A stretch of DNA of 64,000 nt from Candidatus Poribacteria bacterium. GTDB lineage: Bacteria > Poribacteria > WGA-4E > PCPOR2b. The stretch covers positions 3,675,030-3,739,029 of the forward strand of contig OZ240245.1 in NCBI GenBank assembly GCA_965198175.1, given 5' to 3'. The position numbers and the translations under genes are program-made. The notes under the pieces are model-generated. The model saw only the letters and a program-made list of their open reading frames with translations, was not told the origin of the DNA and searched no databases. Below, piece by piece: positions 7,400-17,932 of this stretch. Each line of letters begins with the position of its first letter. The stretch's first letter is position 1.

Positions 7400-7934
7400 C
7401 ATCTGCCAATCAGGTGAGACTTTCAGATTGAACGCCGTCAAACGAATCAATATCCTTCTTGGTAACATCGAAACCGCGTTGCTATGTCTGATTATCCTGT
7501 CAATCGTTGGATTGGGGATACTGAAGATTCTTCTGCGCTATATTTTTCAAATAAGTCTCCTGTGGAACCAAGTTTTACTGCAGCACTTCATATTGTGGCT
7601 AACATTCTTGGGCGCATCGCTAGCCACCTGCGAAAACCGCCATATCAGTATTGATGTCCTCACCCGCTACCTACCGAGGCACCTCGTTCAATGTACCAAC
7701 ATCCTCATTCATATTATCAGCTTTGTTATCGTCTCCATCCTCGCTTATACCGGCTTTGAGTTCATACGCGACGAGCAGATGAGCGGTGCAACACTCGTCG
7801 GCACTATCCCAATTTGGTGGGCGAAGCTGATCATCCCGATTGGGTTTGGATTGATTGCACTTCACTTTGCTCTCCAAACCGTCATGGAGATATTTAGCAA
7901 AACCAAAGGGGAAGCTGCATCATGGGAGCGTTGA
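7368..7934 (+). CDS. dctQ: TRAP transporter small permease, DctQ family
   Basis: It has four TM helices in the DctQ pattern. The start is uncertain, probably downstream of 7399. Confidence 0.65.
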   Translation: MLIVQHIHKIDICQSGETFRLNAVKRINILLGNIETALLCLIILSIVGLGILKILLRYIFQISLLWNQVLLQHFILWLTFLGASLATCENRHISIDVLTRYLPRHLVQCTNILIHIISFVIVSILAYTGFEFIRDEQMSGATLVGTIPIWWAKLIIPIGFGLIALHFALQTVMEIFSKTKGEAASWER

Positions 7935-9214
7935 TTGGGCTCGGTTTGGGCTTGTTTGCGCTCTTAGGCGGCGCATTGTTTGTCCTGCTCGGCGGGTTGG
8001 CGATTTTCGGTTATGCAGCGGCGGGCGATCCGATCAGCAGTATCATTATTGATCTTAATCGCTTGGCGCGCAATCCGACAATCATGACAATCCCGCTGTT
8101 CACCTTCGCCGGCTATGTGATGGCGGAGAGCAACGCCCCCAAGCGTCTCATCGCCCTGGCACAAACGAGTGTTGGTTGGTTGCCGGGCGGTATTGCTGCG
8201 GTTGTGCTGGTGACATGCGCGTTTTTCACGACGTTCACCGGGGCTTCCGGGGTGACAATCATCGCGCTGGGCGGGTTACTCTATCCAATCCTTCGTCAGC
8301 ATTATACGGAACGCTTTTCACTCGGGTTAATCACGACATCGGGCAGTCTCGGACTTCTTTTCCCACCTAGTGTCCCTCTTATCCTCTATGCAATCATCGC
8401 CCAGGTACCGATTGATGTGATGTTCTGTGCAGGGATTCTCCCCGGCTTTCTCCTGCTAGTGATTCTCGTCGGGTACTGCTCTGGCTGGAGTATGTTCAAA
8501 AGGGTCGAACATACCCCCTTTGATTTGCGCGCTTTTGGAGTGGCTCTATGGAATGCTTTGGGAGAAGTACTGCTACCGTTCATTGTGCTTGGTTGTATTA
8601 TATCGGGGATTGTCACAATTGATGAAGCGGCTGCACTGACAGCGATTTATCTGTTGATTGTTGAAATGGTTATCCATCGCGATATTAGTGTCAGGCAGTT
8701 GCCGAAAATTGTGCGAGAGAGCATGCTGCTCGTCGGCGCCATCTTGATTATTCTCTGTATCGCACTGGGACTGACCAACTATCTCGTCACAATCGAATTG
8801 CCGAGCATTGCGCTTGACTGGATTCAAGGGCAGACACAAAACAAGATTGTTACCTTAATTGGACTCAATCTTTTTCTGCTAGCCGTCGGTTGCTTGATGG
8901 ATATCTTTTCCGCCATTGTTATCATTGTTCCCCTGCTGATTCCAATCGCGGAAGGATTCGGGATAGACAAAGCTCACCTTGGTATCATCGTGCTGACGAA
9001 CTTGGAGATTGGCTACTTAACACCGCCCGTTGGCATGAACCTCTTCATCTCAAGCCTCAAGTTTGATAAATCCATTGTTTCACTGTATCGATCTGTGTTG
9101 CTATTCATCGGATTGCTCCTATTCGCACTGATAATCGTCACCTACGTTCCCGCGTTGAGCTTGTGGCTGCCGCGCGTGCTGGGGAAAATGTCCACGCCAC
9201 TGTTGCTTGAATAG
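7922..9214 (+). CDS. dctM: TRAP transporter large permease, DctM family
   Basis: It is a 430-aa polytopic protein with DctM-family conservation. It overlaps the dctQ stop. Confidence 0.8.
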   Translation: MGALIGLGLGLFALLGGALFVLLGGLAIFGYAAAGDPISSIIIDLNRLARNPTIMTIPLFTFAGYVMAESNAPKRLIALAQTSVGWLPGGIAAVVLVTCAFFTTFTGASGVTIIALGGLLYPILRQHYTERFSLGLITTSGSLGLLFPPSVPLILYAIIAQVPIDVMFCAGILPGFLLLVILVGYCSGWSMFKRVEHTPFDLRAFGVALWNALGEVLLPFIVLGCIISGIVTIDEAAALTAIYLLIVEMVIHRDISVRQLPKIVRESMLLVGAILIILCIALGLTNYLVTIELPSIALDWIQGQTQNKIVTLIGLNLFLLAVGCLMDIFSAIVIIVPLLIPIAEGFGIDKAHLGIIVLTNLEIGYLTPPVGMNLFISSLKFDKSIVSLYRSVLLFIGLLLFALIIVTYVPALSLWLPRVLGKMSTPLLLE

Positions 9215-9287
9215 GAAAGATTGCATTATCGCGTAAGTCTGAGTAAATCAGGTGGGTCGCGCAATACTCAACGAGAATTGGTAATTG

Positions 9288-10580
9288 TCAGTTTTTCTGG
9301 ATGTGCTTGGGAGCTAGGGCTGTTAGCGATAAACCGCGTGCGGCTGAATATACCGTCAGCGCCAACCAGAGTCCATGGTTTCCAAGCGGCTTTAGGAAGT
9401 AATATGCTGGCAAGAAGACGAGGAGTGTCGATACAATCATGGCATTTCGCATCGGTTTTGATGCGGTCGCGCCAAGAAATATTCCATCCCAGAGGTATGC
9501 CACGGCATTAATGATTGGGGCAAGGGCGATCCAAATCAAATAGGGGAGCGCTTGTTTCACCAGATCAGTTTTGTTCGTAAAGACATAAAGCAGCGGATGT
9601 CCGAAGAATCCGTAAATCAGACTAAATACCGCCGCTAGGCAAAGGCCCCAGATGAATACATACCGCACCGCCACTCTTAAGTTGTGGATGTCGACGGCAC
9701 CCTTGTACTTACCGATAAGACTTTCCGCCGCAAAAGCGAAACCATCAATGGCATAAGCAAGAAAATTAATGAACTGTAGGAGGATGGTATTGACTGCTAG
9801 AATAATATCGCTCACAGCAGCTGATTTTGCAGTGAAAAACGTATGGGAGAAAACCAGACATAATGTGCGGATGAATATATCGCCACTAATTGCGAAGAAT
9901 CGTTTCAGATCGGGTAGATACAATGCTTCTTTCAGGTTCCACCCCTCCAACAGGTCGCTATATTTTCTACGGTATAGAATAACGGTACACACAAGTCCAA
10001 GGTACTGAGCGATAACGGTTCCCAAGGCGACGCCATTTGATTTTAGCCCCATCGCCTTCACAAAGAATAGGTTGAGCCCAATATTCAGAACGTTCATCAG
10101 GATAGTGATTATCATTGGGTATTTCGCATTCTGGACACCCAAGAACCATCCGTGAAAAACAAAAATACTTAGAGCAGCCGGGGCAGCATAGATACGGACA
10201 TAAAAATATTGACGCGCTAACCGTTCAACTTCGGTGCTGGCATCAATGAGATAGAAACTGATTTTTGCGATATAAGACTGAATTAAAATAAGCAGAACGC
10301 TCACAACAAGCGCAACGAACAGACCTCTTGTAAGAATCAGGATACTTTCTCTCTGGTGGTTCGCCCCATGGGCTTGTGCGGTGAGTCCAGTTGTGCTCAT
10401 TCTGAGGAATCCAAATCCCCAGTACAGCATATTAAAAATGGCTGCCCCAATAGCAACGCCGCCAAGATGTTGCTCTGATTCTAGCCGCCCCATCAAGGCA
10501 ATGTCAACGGCTCCCAGGATAGGAACGGTCAAATTGCTGATGATGTTTGGTATAGCCAATCGAATAATCTGTTTGTTCAT
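9288..10580 (-). CDS. MATE family efflux transporter
   Basis: It has 12 TM helices. The N-terminus IPNIISNLTVPILGAVDIALMGRL is typical of MATE/DinF transporters. Confidence 0.75.
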   Translation of the reverse strand: MNKQIIRLAIPNIISNLTVPILGAVDIALMGRLESEQHLGGVAIGAAIFNMLYWGFGFLRMSTTGLTAQAHGANHQRESILILTRGLFVALVVSVLLILIQSYIAKISFYLIDASTEVERLARQYFYVRIYAAPAALSIFVFHGWFLGVQNAKYPMIITILMNVLNIGLNLFFVKAMGLKSNGVALGTVIAQYLGLVCTVILYRRKYSDLLEGWNLKEALYLPDLKRFFAISGDIFIRTLCLVFSHTFFTAKSAAVSDIILAVNTILLQFINFLAYAIDGFAFAAESLIGKYKGAVDIHNLRVAVRYVFIWGLCLAAVFSLIYGFFGHPLLYVFTNKTDLVKQALPYLIWIALAPIINAVAYLWDGIFLGATASKPMRNAMIVSTLLVFLPAYYFLKPLGNHGLWLALTVYSAARGLSLTALAPKHIQKN

Positions 10581-10667
10581 GTCGTGATGCTAATGGTTGC
10601 TAAGGGGGTAGCAGTAGCCAAAATTAAAGTTCTTGTGGATAAGCCAGCAGTCGCATCGTCTCAAGAC

Positions 10668-11273
10668 TCAACAATTGTTTTTGGCTACAAGTATACCGTA
10701 TTCTACATTATGTACCTTTGTTCGCCACTCCGATGAAGCCTCCAGATACGGTTTTAGTAATCTGCCCTTGTCCCCCCATAAGACATCATCAACAATAATT
10801 ATAGCGTTCTCTCCGAACAGGTTTTCAACAGCCTTGAACTCCTTCCAGATATGATCGCCATCGTTGACAGAATCAAATAAGGCGAAATGAACCGTGTCAA
10901 AGACATGTTCTTCAACCATTCTAGTCAAGTTTTCAACCGAATCGCCTTCAACATAGTTAATGTACTGGTTATAGTTCTTGCACAATTCTTGACAAATCCT
11001 AATGTGTTCTTTGCTAATCTCAAATGTGTAGAAATCACCTCGGTTCATCAACACCGAAGAGATGGCTAAGGTACTCTCAGTGCCTTCATTGGCATCCCGG
11101 ATACAACCAGTTTCGATAATAACTGGGTGAGGTGTTGTTTCAAGTATTTCTAACAGATATCTTTCGAGAATTGACCTGTGTGCCCGCAAATGCTGTCGCA
11201 ATCCAAGCTTATAGAAAATCAGATTCAGCGCTTTCCAGGTTTTGTTTGCCAATCGACTCTCTCTAATTGACAT
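10668..11273 (-). CDS. class I SAM-dependent methyltransferase (Methyltransf_24/TylF-like, ..FDSVNDGDH motif)
   Basis: The ETGC Rossmann motif and the DGDH motif are present. It is 201 aa long. Confidence 0.5.
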   Translation of the reverse strand: MSIRESRLANKTWKALNLIFYKLGLRQHLRAHRSILERYLLEILETTPHPVIIETGCIRDANEGTESTLAISSVLMNRGDFYTFEISKEHIRICQELCKNYNQYINYVEGDSVENLTRMVEEHVFDTVHFALFDSVNDGDHIWKEFKAVENLFGENAIIIVDDVLWGDKGRLLKPYLEASSEWRTKVHNVEYGILVAKNNC

Positions 11274-11339
11274 CTTCTGGATCTCCTCTTTGACATGCTG
11301 TATGCGCCTTTCCTAGAGATGCTCCCTCGCCTTCCCATT

Positions 11340-13169
11340 TCAACTATCAAGTCGCCTTTGATTCGTCGTTGTAATTCGATTCTTCGCCCGCTTGGCAGTC
11401 GCTTTCATAAGAACAAAGGAGATTAATAGAATGACTAGCAGCGCCCCGATAATTCCTTTTATGAGTGCATAGGTTTGCTGCTTCCTGACATAATTCAGGG
11501 TAGCTTGGGCTTCTTCATAATTGGTGTCCAAAGCTAGTGCAGCTTCAAGATGTGCTGTTGATTTCTTATAATTCTGATTTTTGAGATAAACAATCCCCAA
11601 ACTGTTATGTGCTTGGGGGTTTTTCGGATTCATTTCTAACAGTTTTTGATATGTCAGTATAGCGCCATCTAAATCTTCGACTAGGCTCTTTTGCCAGCCG
11701 ACTTGCATCAAGGCTGCTTCCAGATTTTGGCTGGCATGCCAACTATCCGGGTGGTATTCCAACGCGCGTTCATAGCACCGTGTTGCTCCCGTCCAATCCT
11801 CTTTGCGCGCGTGCTGTGCGCCCAAATTATTCAATGTTGTTGCAATTCCCACTTGGACTGCTTCGTTCTGGGAATCAATCTCCAAGGCACGTTCATATAC
11901 GCCCAAAGCCTTTTGATATTCTCCTGCCGCATCGTAGGTAACAGCTAGATCATACAGCAGAATATCGGAGAACGGAAACCGCATAAGCCCTTGATTGAAA
12001 CATTTGATTGCTCGTGAAAGCTGATTTGCCTGAAGCAGTTTATACCCCCAACGGTGGTAAGTTGCTAGGAGATTATTGTTCAGTTCGGAAGAATTGGGAG
12101 CAAGCCGTAACGCACGCTGAAAAAAGTTCACCGCCTGGCTAAACTGACCTTGAAGCAACGAAAGCGCACCCAAAGCCCCAAGCACTTCTGCAGTTGGCTT
12201 TGTGCTCAACGCCATTCTATAGTGTGTAATTGCCAAATCGTACATCCTCCTCGACTGGAAGATCTGAGCAAGTTCAACCGCTGAAAAATGGAACGATGGA
12301 TTAATCTCCAGGGCTTTTTGAAAAGCATCAATTGCTGCGTGGTAATCACCGAGGTCCGCATGAACCATGCCCAGAGCGTAGTAGGTCTCGGCAGTGGATG
12401 GTGATGTTTTGATTTCTTCTTGAAGGGCACTAATAGCTTGGTCGTGAAAAGGGGTGTTCACAGGCGTTTTCCGCACCTTCATCCACGTCGCCACATCTCG
12501 CGCTGTCGGTTTTTGAGCAGTCGTAGCGAAATACATCACATCATTTGGATTCTCGCTGTGGCCCCATAATCCGATCGCGTGCCCAATCTCATGCAGCATC
12601 ACAGCTTGAACCACTTCAGATGTGTGCAGTTCCAACGTCCTATCGCTCTGTAGAAAAATCTCGATTTCGACATGAAATCCATCCACGTTTCGAATTAACA
12701 CCGCCTCTCCGACATTCTTATACATCCCGGCTCGACTTCGCCGATGCACCCACTTAAGTCGAATATCCGCCGTCGCAGCGGTTGGTGAAAATCGAAATTG
12801 TAGAAGTCCCTTGGTTGCCTCCTGCCATAGATTTAGAGATTGATTCAACGCTTGTTCGTAAACCCTTGCTAGATCCGCCTGAAGTGGAACAGCTTCCCTA
12901 TAGACTAAAATTACTTCCCGGTCAAACCGTGTCAGACGCCCATTGGAAGCCATCGTGACCCGATCGAAATAGTCATCCGCACAAACAGCATTTCCAATGA
13001 GGATACACACAACTCCGCCAATTACACCGAAAATCCGGAAACGCTGAAATTCGTAAAAACGGTTTCCCATAGCTCTGGTTTTCGTGCGCCCCATCCTTTT
13101 AGCTTTTCGACTTTCTATCCCCCGGTTTCTTCTTTGTGTTGATCCCACTTCCCAACCGCTCCTATTCAT
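11340..13169 (-). CDS. matrixin-type zinc metalloprotease (HEIGHAIGLWGHS) fused to TPR repeats with a C-terminal TM anchor
   Basis: It has the HExxHxxGxxH metzincin motif, more than eight TPR units and a C-terminal hydrophobic helix. The true start is probably an internal Met (MGNRFYEF..). Confidence 0.65.
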   Translation of the reverse strand: MNRSGWEVGSTQRRNRGIESRKAKRMGRTKTRAMGNRFYEFQRFRIFGVIGGVVCILIGNAVCADDYFDRVTMASNGRLTRFDREVILVYREAVPLQADLARVYEQALNQSLNLWQEATKGLLQFRFSPTAATADIRLKWVHRRSRAGMYKNVGEAVLIRNVDGFHVEIEIFLQSDRTLELHTSEVVQAVMLHEIGHAIGLWGHSENPNDVMYFATTAQKPTARDVATWMKVRKTPVNTPFHDQAISALQEEIKTSPSTAETYYALGMVHADLGDYHAAIDAFQKALEINPSFHFSAVELAQIFQSRRMYDLAITHYRMALSTKPTAEVLGALGALSLLQGQFSQAVNFFQRALRLAPNSSELNNNLLATYHRWGYKLLQANQLSRAIKCFNQGLMRFPFSDILLYDLAVTYDAAGEYQKALGVYERALEIDSQNEAVQVGIATTLNNLGAQHARKEDWTGATRCYERALEYHPDSWHASQNLEAALMQVGWQKSLVEDLDGAILTYQKLLEMNPKNPQAHNSLGIVYLKNQNYKKSTAHLEAALALDTNYEEAQATLNYVRKQQTYALIKGIIGALLVILLISFVLMKATAKRAKNRITTTNQRRLDS

Positions 13170-13252
13170 TCGTTCTTCAACGACTATTGAAAAGCAATGG
13201 TATCACTATGATTTGTCCTTTGTCAATCATCTTTCACAAAGTTAGAAATGGC

Positions 13253-13281
13253 TTGACAGCGGATGGGCTCATTGCTATAAT
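13253..13281 (+). promoter_or_regulatory. perfect consensus sigma70 promoter (TTGACA, 17-nt spacer, TATAAT) upstream of the D-2-hydroxyacid dehydrogenase gene
   Basis: The -35 is at 13253-13258 and the -10 at 13276-13281. The gene start at 13424 lies about 135 nt downstream. Confidence 0.55.
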
Positions 13282-13423
13282 GGCAAATCTTGAAATGGGG
13301 GGTAGCAAGAATGCCGCAACACTCTGACAAATCTATTTTTCACTCTACTTCACATAACCCACTGGTACAGCGAGTTGCTGCGGCGGATGCGAGCCTATAA
13401 CAAAAAAGGGTGAGGATAACGCT

Positions 13424-14383
13424 ATGAAAATTTTGATTTGCCTGTCTATGGTCGATAATTTTCGCCACCTAATCCGTGATGCTGCGGGTGATAATACTGT
13501 TGTGTTTGCAAATTCGAGCGAGGATTTTCTTTTAGAAGGCACCGACGCGGAAGTCTTTTGCGGGAACTGCAGTGAAACGGAATTTCAACATCTGCCCAAC
13601 GTGAAGTGGATGCAGTTTGCTACCGCGGGGATGGATGCCTTTTTGTATCCCGCACTCCGCAACAGCGATGTGATCGTCACTAACGGAGCGGGATTGTACG
13701 GACCAGAAGGTGCAGAACACGCTTTCGCACTACTGCTCAGTTTGACACGGGGAATTCATCACTGCGCCCGTAATCAGACCCATCCACCTGCTGACAGTCC
13801 TGCGATTCAATGCGGCAGAAGCTGTGGGATTGAAATTAACGGATGGACGCTTGGTGTCATTGGTGTGGGTGGATTCGGGATAAACATGGCAAGAATTGGC
13901 AAAGGCTTTAACATGCACGTCATCGCTGTAGATGCGTATCGCACTGATAAACCAGACACTGTCGATGAACTAGCACCAATGGACGGGCTGTCAGACCTGA
14001 TGTGTAGAGCTGATGTGGTGATGACTGCGTGTCCGTTAACAGAGGGGACCTACCATCTGATTAATGCGGAAAACTTGGTGCTGATGAAACCAACGGCTTA
14101 TTTAATCAATGTCACTCGCGGTGGAGTGATCGATGAATCAGCTCTCATTGAAGTCCTTAAAGCGGGAAAAATTGCCGGCGCAGGGCTAGACGTTGTTGAA
14201 GTTGAGCCGCTAGCAGATGACAGCCCTCTTCGGGATATGGATCATGTAGTTATTACTCCTCATTGGGCTGGCGCTTCACAGCAGTCTCCACAGCGCTTCG
14301 TTACGTTCTTCTGCGAGAATTTGAAGCGGTACATAAATGGCAAACCGTTGAAAAACATCGTGGACAGACAGCTCGGCTTTTAG
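13424..14383 (+). CDS. D-isomer-specific 2-hydroxyacid dehydrogenase (NAD-binding)
   Basis: It has the GxGxxG Rossmann motif and the R..E..H catalytic residues (..HVVITPHWAG). Confidence 0.75.
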   Translation: MKILICLSMVDNFRHLIRDAAGDNTVVFANSSEDFLLEGTDAEVFCGNCSETEFQHLPNVKWMQFATAGMDAFLYPALRNSDVIVTNGAGLYGPEGAEHAFALLLSLTRGIHHCARNQTHPPADSPAIQCGRSCGIEINGWTLGVIGVGGFGINMARIGKGFNMHVIAVDAYRTDKPDTVDELAPMDGLSDLMCRADVVMTACPLTEGTYHLINAENLVLMKPTAYLINVTRGGVIDESALIEVLKAGKIAGAGLDVVEVEPLADDSPLRDMDHVVITPHWAGASQQSPQRFVTFFCENLKRYINGKPLKNIVDRQLGF

Positions 14384-14687
14384 GTATAGCCAGTAGGTTT
14401 CATCCAGTTTTTGCTTGCCCTCTAACGTTCATGCGGTAATTATCGTCACCTTCTTAGGAATCGGTTTATCTCAGGAATTCTTCCCACCATAGCCTGAAAA
14501 CATCCACAGTTTCAGCAGTCCACGATTTGAGGTCGTCGCGAGGTACGAACTGGAGGAGAGCGCTATCGAAACCTCACCTTGCTAAGAAGCTAACTACAAA
14601 CCCAATATGTGAATCATTGGGTTTGAATTATGTGTGATGAATTTAGGAAATCTTCAAAAAAATGAAATTCGATGAGGAGAAAATCAC

Positions 14688-15755
14688 GTGTCAGAGATGA
14701 CAGTACAACCTCAGCGCGTAAAAGACTACTGTATACGCGCATTGGAAAAGGTCGGCATGGGATTCGACGACGCTCGCATAGCTGCAGAGGTGCTTGTGAC
14801 CGCAGACATGAGGGGAACCACAACGCACGGCACAATCGGATTAAAAGGGTATATCAGACAGATACGGGAAGGCGGGATGAACCCCAAAGCCGATGTCGAA
14901 ATCATTCGCGAGGGACCAACTTGGGCAGTTGTAGATGGACAGGCTGGGTTGGGTGTCGTGACATCGTACAAGGCGACGAAGCTCGCGATCGCCAAGGCGA
15001 AAGCAAATGCCGTTGGCATGGTTTGGGTCAAAAACAGCAATCACTTCGCCGCGGCTGGATATTACGCTATGATGTGCGCTGAAGCTGACATGGTTGGTTT
15101 GGCGATGACCAACGCGAACATCTCGCTCAGCGCACCTGGCTCAGCAGGGCGGGTCATCGGAAATAACCCGTTTGCCTATGGAGCGCCGGCAGGAAAAGCA
15201 CCCCCGGTCAATCTGGATATTGCGATGGGCGTGGTCGCTGGCGGCAAGGTACACGCCGCCGCAAGAGAGGGCCGAAGTATTCCGTTGGGGTGGGCAATTG
15301 ACGGTCAAGGGGTTCCTACAACTGACCCTAGGGAGTATGAGGAGAAAGGCGGTGCAACGGTTCCTTTGGCAGGACACAAGGGTTTTGGATTGGCACTGTT
15401 GATAGAAATACTGGCCGGCGTCATGACAGGCGGCGGTATACGGACGGAGGTGAAATCTTACGTCGAGCATCCCGAAAGTCCGAGCGATATAGGACACTTC
15501 TTCATGGCTATAGATACCGGTACCATTATGCCGATTGAGGAATTCAAAATCCGAATGGATAGCTTGATAACCGGAGTTAGCTCGTCGCCCAAAGCACCGC
15601 GGGTGGATCGAATTTATCTTCCGGGTGAAATGGAATATGAACGGGAAGAAAAAGCAAAAAAAGAGGGGTTTGTTCTTGATGACGGCGCTTTGAACAGTCT
15701 CAAAGAGTTAGGGCAGGATTTGGGATTGGAAGACGAGAGATTCTGGCATTTGTAA
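14688..15755 (+). CDS. Ldh_2 family oxidoreductase (malate/L-lactate/sulfolactate dehydrogenase-like)
   Basis: The Ldh_2 motifs TTTHGT..NSNHFAAAGYY are present. Confidence 0.7.
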   Translation: MSEMTVQPQRVKDYCIRALEKVGMGFDDARIAAEVLVTADMRGTTTHGTIGLKGYIRQIREGGMNPKADVEIIREGPTWAVVDGQAGLGVVTSYKATKLAIAKAKANAVGMVWVKNSNHFAAAGYYAMMCAEADMVGLAMTNANISLSAPGSAGRVIGNNPFAYGAPAGKAPPVNLDIAMGVVAGGKVHAAAREGRSIPLGWAIDGQGVPTTDPREYEEKGGATVPLAGHKGFGLALLIEILAGVMTGGGIRTEVKSYVEHPESPSDIGHFFMAIDTGTIMPIEEFKIRMDSLITGVSSSPKAPRVDRIYLPGEMEYEREEKAKKEGFVLDDGALNSLKELGQDLGLEDERFWHL

Positions 15756-15803
15756 GCAAGATGTTAGTTCACATCGCATCGAAAACAAGAGGGGGTCTGT
15801 CTA

Positions 15804-16604
15804 ATGACTGTAAATCAAAGCGTGAGATTCACTTTGGATATTTTCGCCTTATGCGGCTTGGTGTTGATTTTTCTAGTCGCCATCCAATCTCCATTGTGGG
15901 CTGAAGCTCAGAAAGCAGATCTTGATGTCAAAGCTATCATCAAAGCGGTTGATGAACTCTATCGGAGTCAAACTAGCCATGCGGACATTGAGATGCAGAT
16001 CGTCACACCCCACTGGGAAAGAACATTGTCGCTCGCAATCTGGACAAAGGAGATGGATAAGACCTTCATCCTGATCAAGTCTCCGAAAAAAGAGAAGGGC
16101 GTTGCGACGTTACGAATCGGAAATGAAATGTGGAACTATCTGCCCAAGACTAACAAGGTGATGAAAGTGCCACCATCAATGATGATGGGATCTTGGATGG
16201 GTTCTGATTTTACAAATGATGACCTCGTCAAAGAGTCATCAATGATTGAGGATTATACCTACGAACTGATCACACCGGCGGATGCCCAACCCGACCATCT
16301 TTATATTCAGCTGCTGCCAAAGGAGGACTCACCGATTGTCTGGGGCAAACTTATCGTCGCTATCCGAGTGAGCGACCGGATTCCGGTTTGGCAGCATTTC
16401 CACGATGAAGCGGGGCGTCTGACGCGAGTTATGAATTTCAAAGAAATCAAATCGTTTGACGGAAAGACCATACCATCGGTGATGGAGATGATACCGCAGA
16501 ACAAAGAAGGGCACAAAACCGTCGTACGCTTCGTGGATGCTGCGTTTGACAAGGGGATTGACAAAAAAATCTTCACACGCCGAAACCTGCAGAAGCGGAG
16601 ATAG
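15804..16604 (+). CDS. LolA-like outer-membrane lipoprotein-sorting protein
   Basis: It has a signal peptide and a LolA-like fold signature. It sits upstream of FtsX-type permeases. Confidence 0.55.
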   Translation: MTVNQSVRFTLDIFALCGLVLIFLVAIQSPLWAEAQKADLDVKAIIKAVDELYRSQTSHADIEMQIVTPHWERTLSLAIWTKEMDKTFILIKSPKKEKGVATLRIGNEMWNYLPKTNKVMKVPPSMMMGSWMGSDFTNDDLVKESSMIEDYTYELITPADAQPDHLYIQLLPKEDSPIVWGKLIVAIRVSDRIPVWQHFHDEAGRLTRVMNFKEIKSFDGKTIPSVMEMIPQNKEGHKTVVRFVDAAFDKGIDKKIFTRRNLQKRR

Positions 16605-16634
16605 GTAGGGCATGAGTGAACTGGTACAGGCTTA

Positions 16635-17870
16635 ATGCTTCGATATACGCTTATGATGACACTTAAAATTGCATTCCGCAATATTTTCCGTCAAAAACGA
16701 CGCACAATTCTAACCGCACTCGCAATGATAGTCGGATTTACACTCTCCTCTGTGTTCATTGGCTGGTCTGACGGCGCGTATTCCGATATTATTGAGATGT
16801 TTACGCAGAACCGGATTGGGCATATTCAGGTGCATCGGGGTGGCTATCTCGAAAAACCGTCGCTCTATAAGACGATGGATGACTACGAGACAATCGGGAA
16901 AACCATTGAGGGCGTAAAAGGGGTAGAGGCGTGGACGCCGCGAGTGTACTCGGCAGGACTCGGCTCGGTTGATGAAAAAAGCACTACCGTACAAATCATC
17001 GGCATTGATGCGGCGCGTGAAGTTCAAGCGACCCGATTTGATAAGAAAATCATTGATGGAGAGGTAATCTCAGTGCAGCCAGCGCGCGAAGCGGTTTTAG
17101 GCAAGGGACTCGCGAAAAACCTTGCTGCGGCGGTCGGCGACGAAATCGTGATTGTCTCGCAGGGTGCCGATGGCTCAATCGCTAACGAATTGTATGAGAT
17201 TGTTGGCATTGCAGAAAGCGGCGACGACAGCACAGATCGGATGGCGTGTTATCTCCACATCGGAAACGCGCAGGAATTGCTTGTTCTTGAAGGACGCTCC
17301 CACGAAATTGTTGTGATTGTGTCAAACATCAATCGTGTACTCAAAATCACGAAGGCAATCGAAGCCAGTCTTGATGATTCAATGCTCGATGTTGCCCCTT
17401 GGCAGGAGGTCGCCAAATCCTTTTTTCGGGCGATGCAGGCGGACAAGAAGGGTGATGCTATCGGGCGGATTATCATCATGCTCATCGTCGCTATCGGTGT
17501 ACTGAACACGGTCCTGATGTCGGTACTAGAGAGAACGAGCGAATATGGCGTATTGAAGGCGATCGGAACGAAACCGGTGCAAATCTTTGGGCTAGTGATT
17601 TGTGAAGTGCTCATCATCGCCCTCGGCAGCATAGTCGTCGGTGCTGTGCTCGGCGCTTCGATTAACCATCTGCTATCGATATATGGTATCACCATGCCAC
17701 AGGAATTTACTTACGGCGGTATCAAATTTCAGACGATGTACGCCGAGGTCAACGCACGAAGTCTCATTATTCCCGCGATTACCGTCATTCTATCGGCAGG
17801 GATAGTCAGTATATTTCCTGCGCTGAAGGCGGCACGAATTCTGCCGGCTAGAGCGATGCGAACGCATTGA
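16635..17870 (+). CDS. ABC transporter permease, FtsX/MacB/LolC family
   Basis: It has an N-terminal TM helix, a large periplasmic domain and the FtsX four-TM C-terminus. Confidence 0.75.
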   Translation: MLRYTLMMTLKIAFRNIFRQKRRTILTALAMIVGFTLSSVFIGWSDGAYSDIIEMFTQNRIGHIQVHRGGYLEKPSLYKTMDDYETIGKTIEGVKGVEAWTPRVYSAGLGSVDEKSTTVQIIGIDAAREVQATRFDKKIIDGEVISVQPAREAVLGKGLAKNLAAAVGDEIVIVSQGADGSIANELYEIVGIAESGDDSTDRMACYLHIGNAQELLVLEGRSHEIVVIVSNINRVLKITKAIEASLDDSMLDVAPWQEVAKSFFRAMQADKKGDAIGRIIIMLIVAIGVLNTVLMSVLERTSEYGVLKAIGTKPVQIFGLVICEVLIIALGSIVVGAVLGASINHLLSIYGITMPQEFTYGGIKFQTMYAEVNARSLIIPAITVILSAGIVSIFPALKAARILPARAMRTH

Positions 17871-17932
17871 GACAAGCAATCAAGGAGCAGAACAGATAAC
17901 CTTTCACACATCACATTTCACGGTTCAAAATC

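Noticed and set aside
7368-7427. 5' extension of the dctQ ORF that overlaps the end of dctP
   Set aside because: The extension (MLIVQHIHKIDICQSGETFRL) is hydrophilic and overlaps the dctP C-terminus. DctQ proteins start just before their first TM helix.
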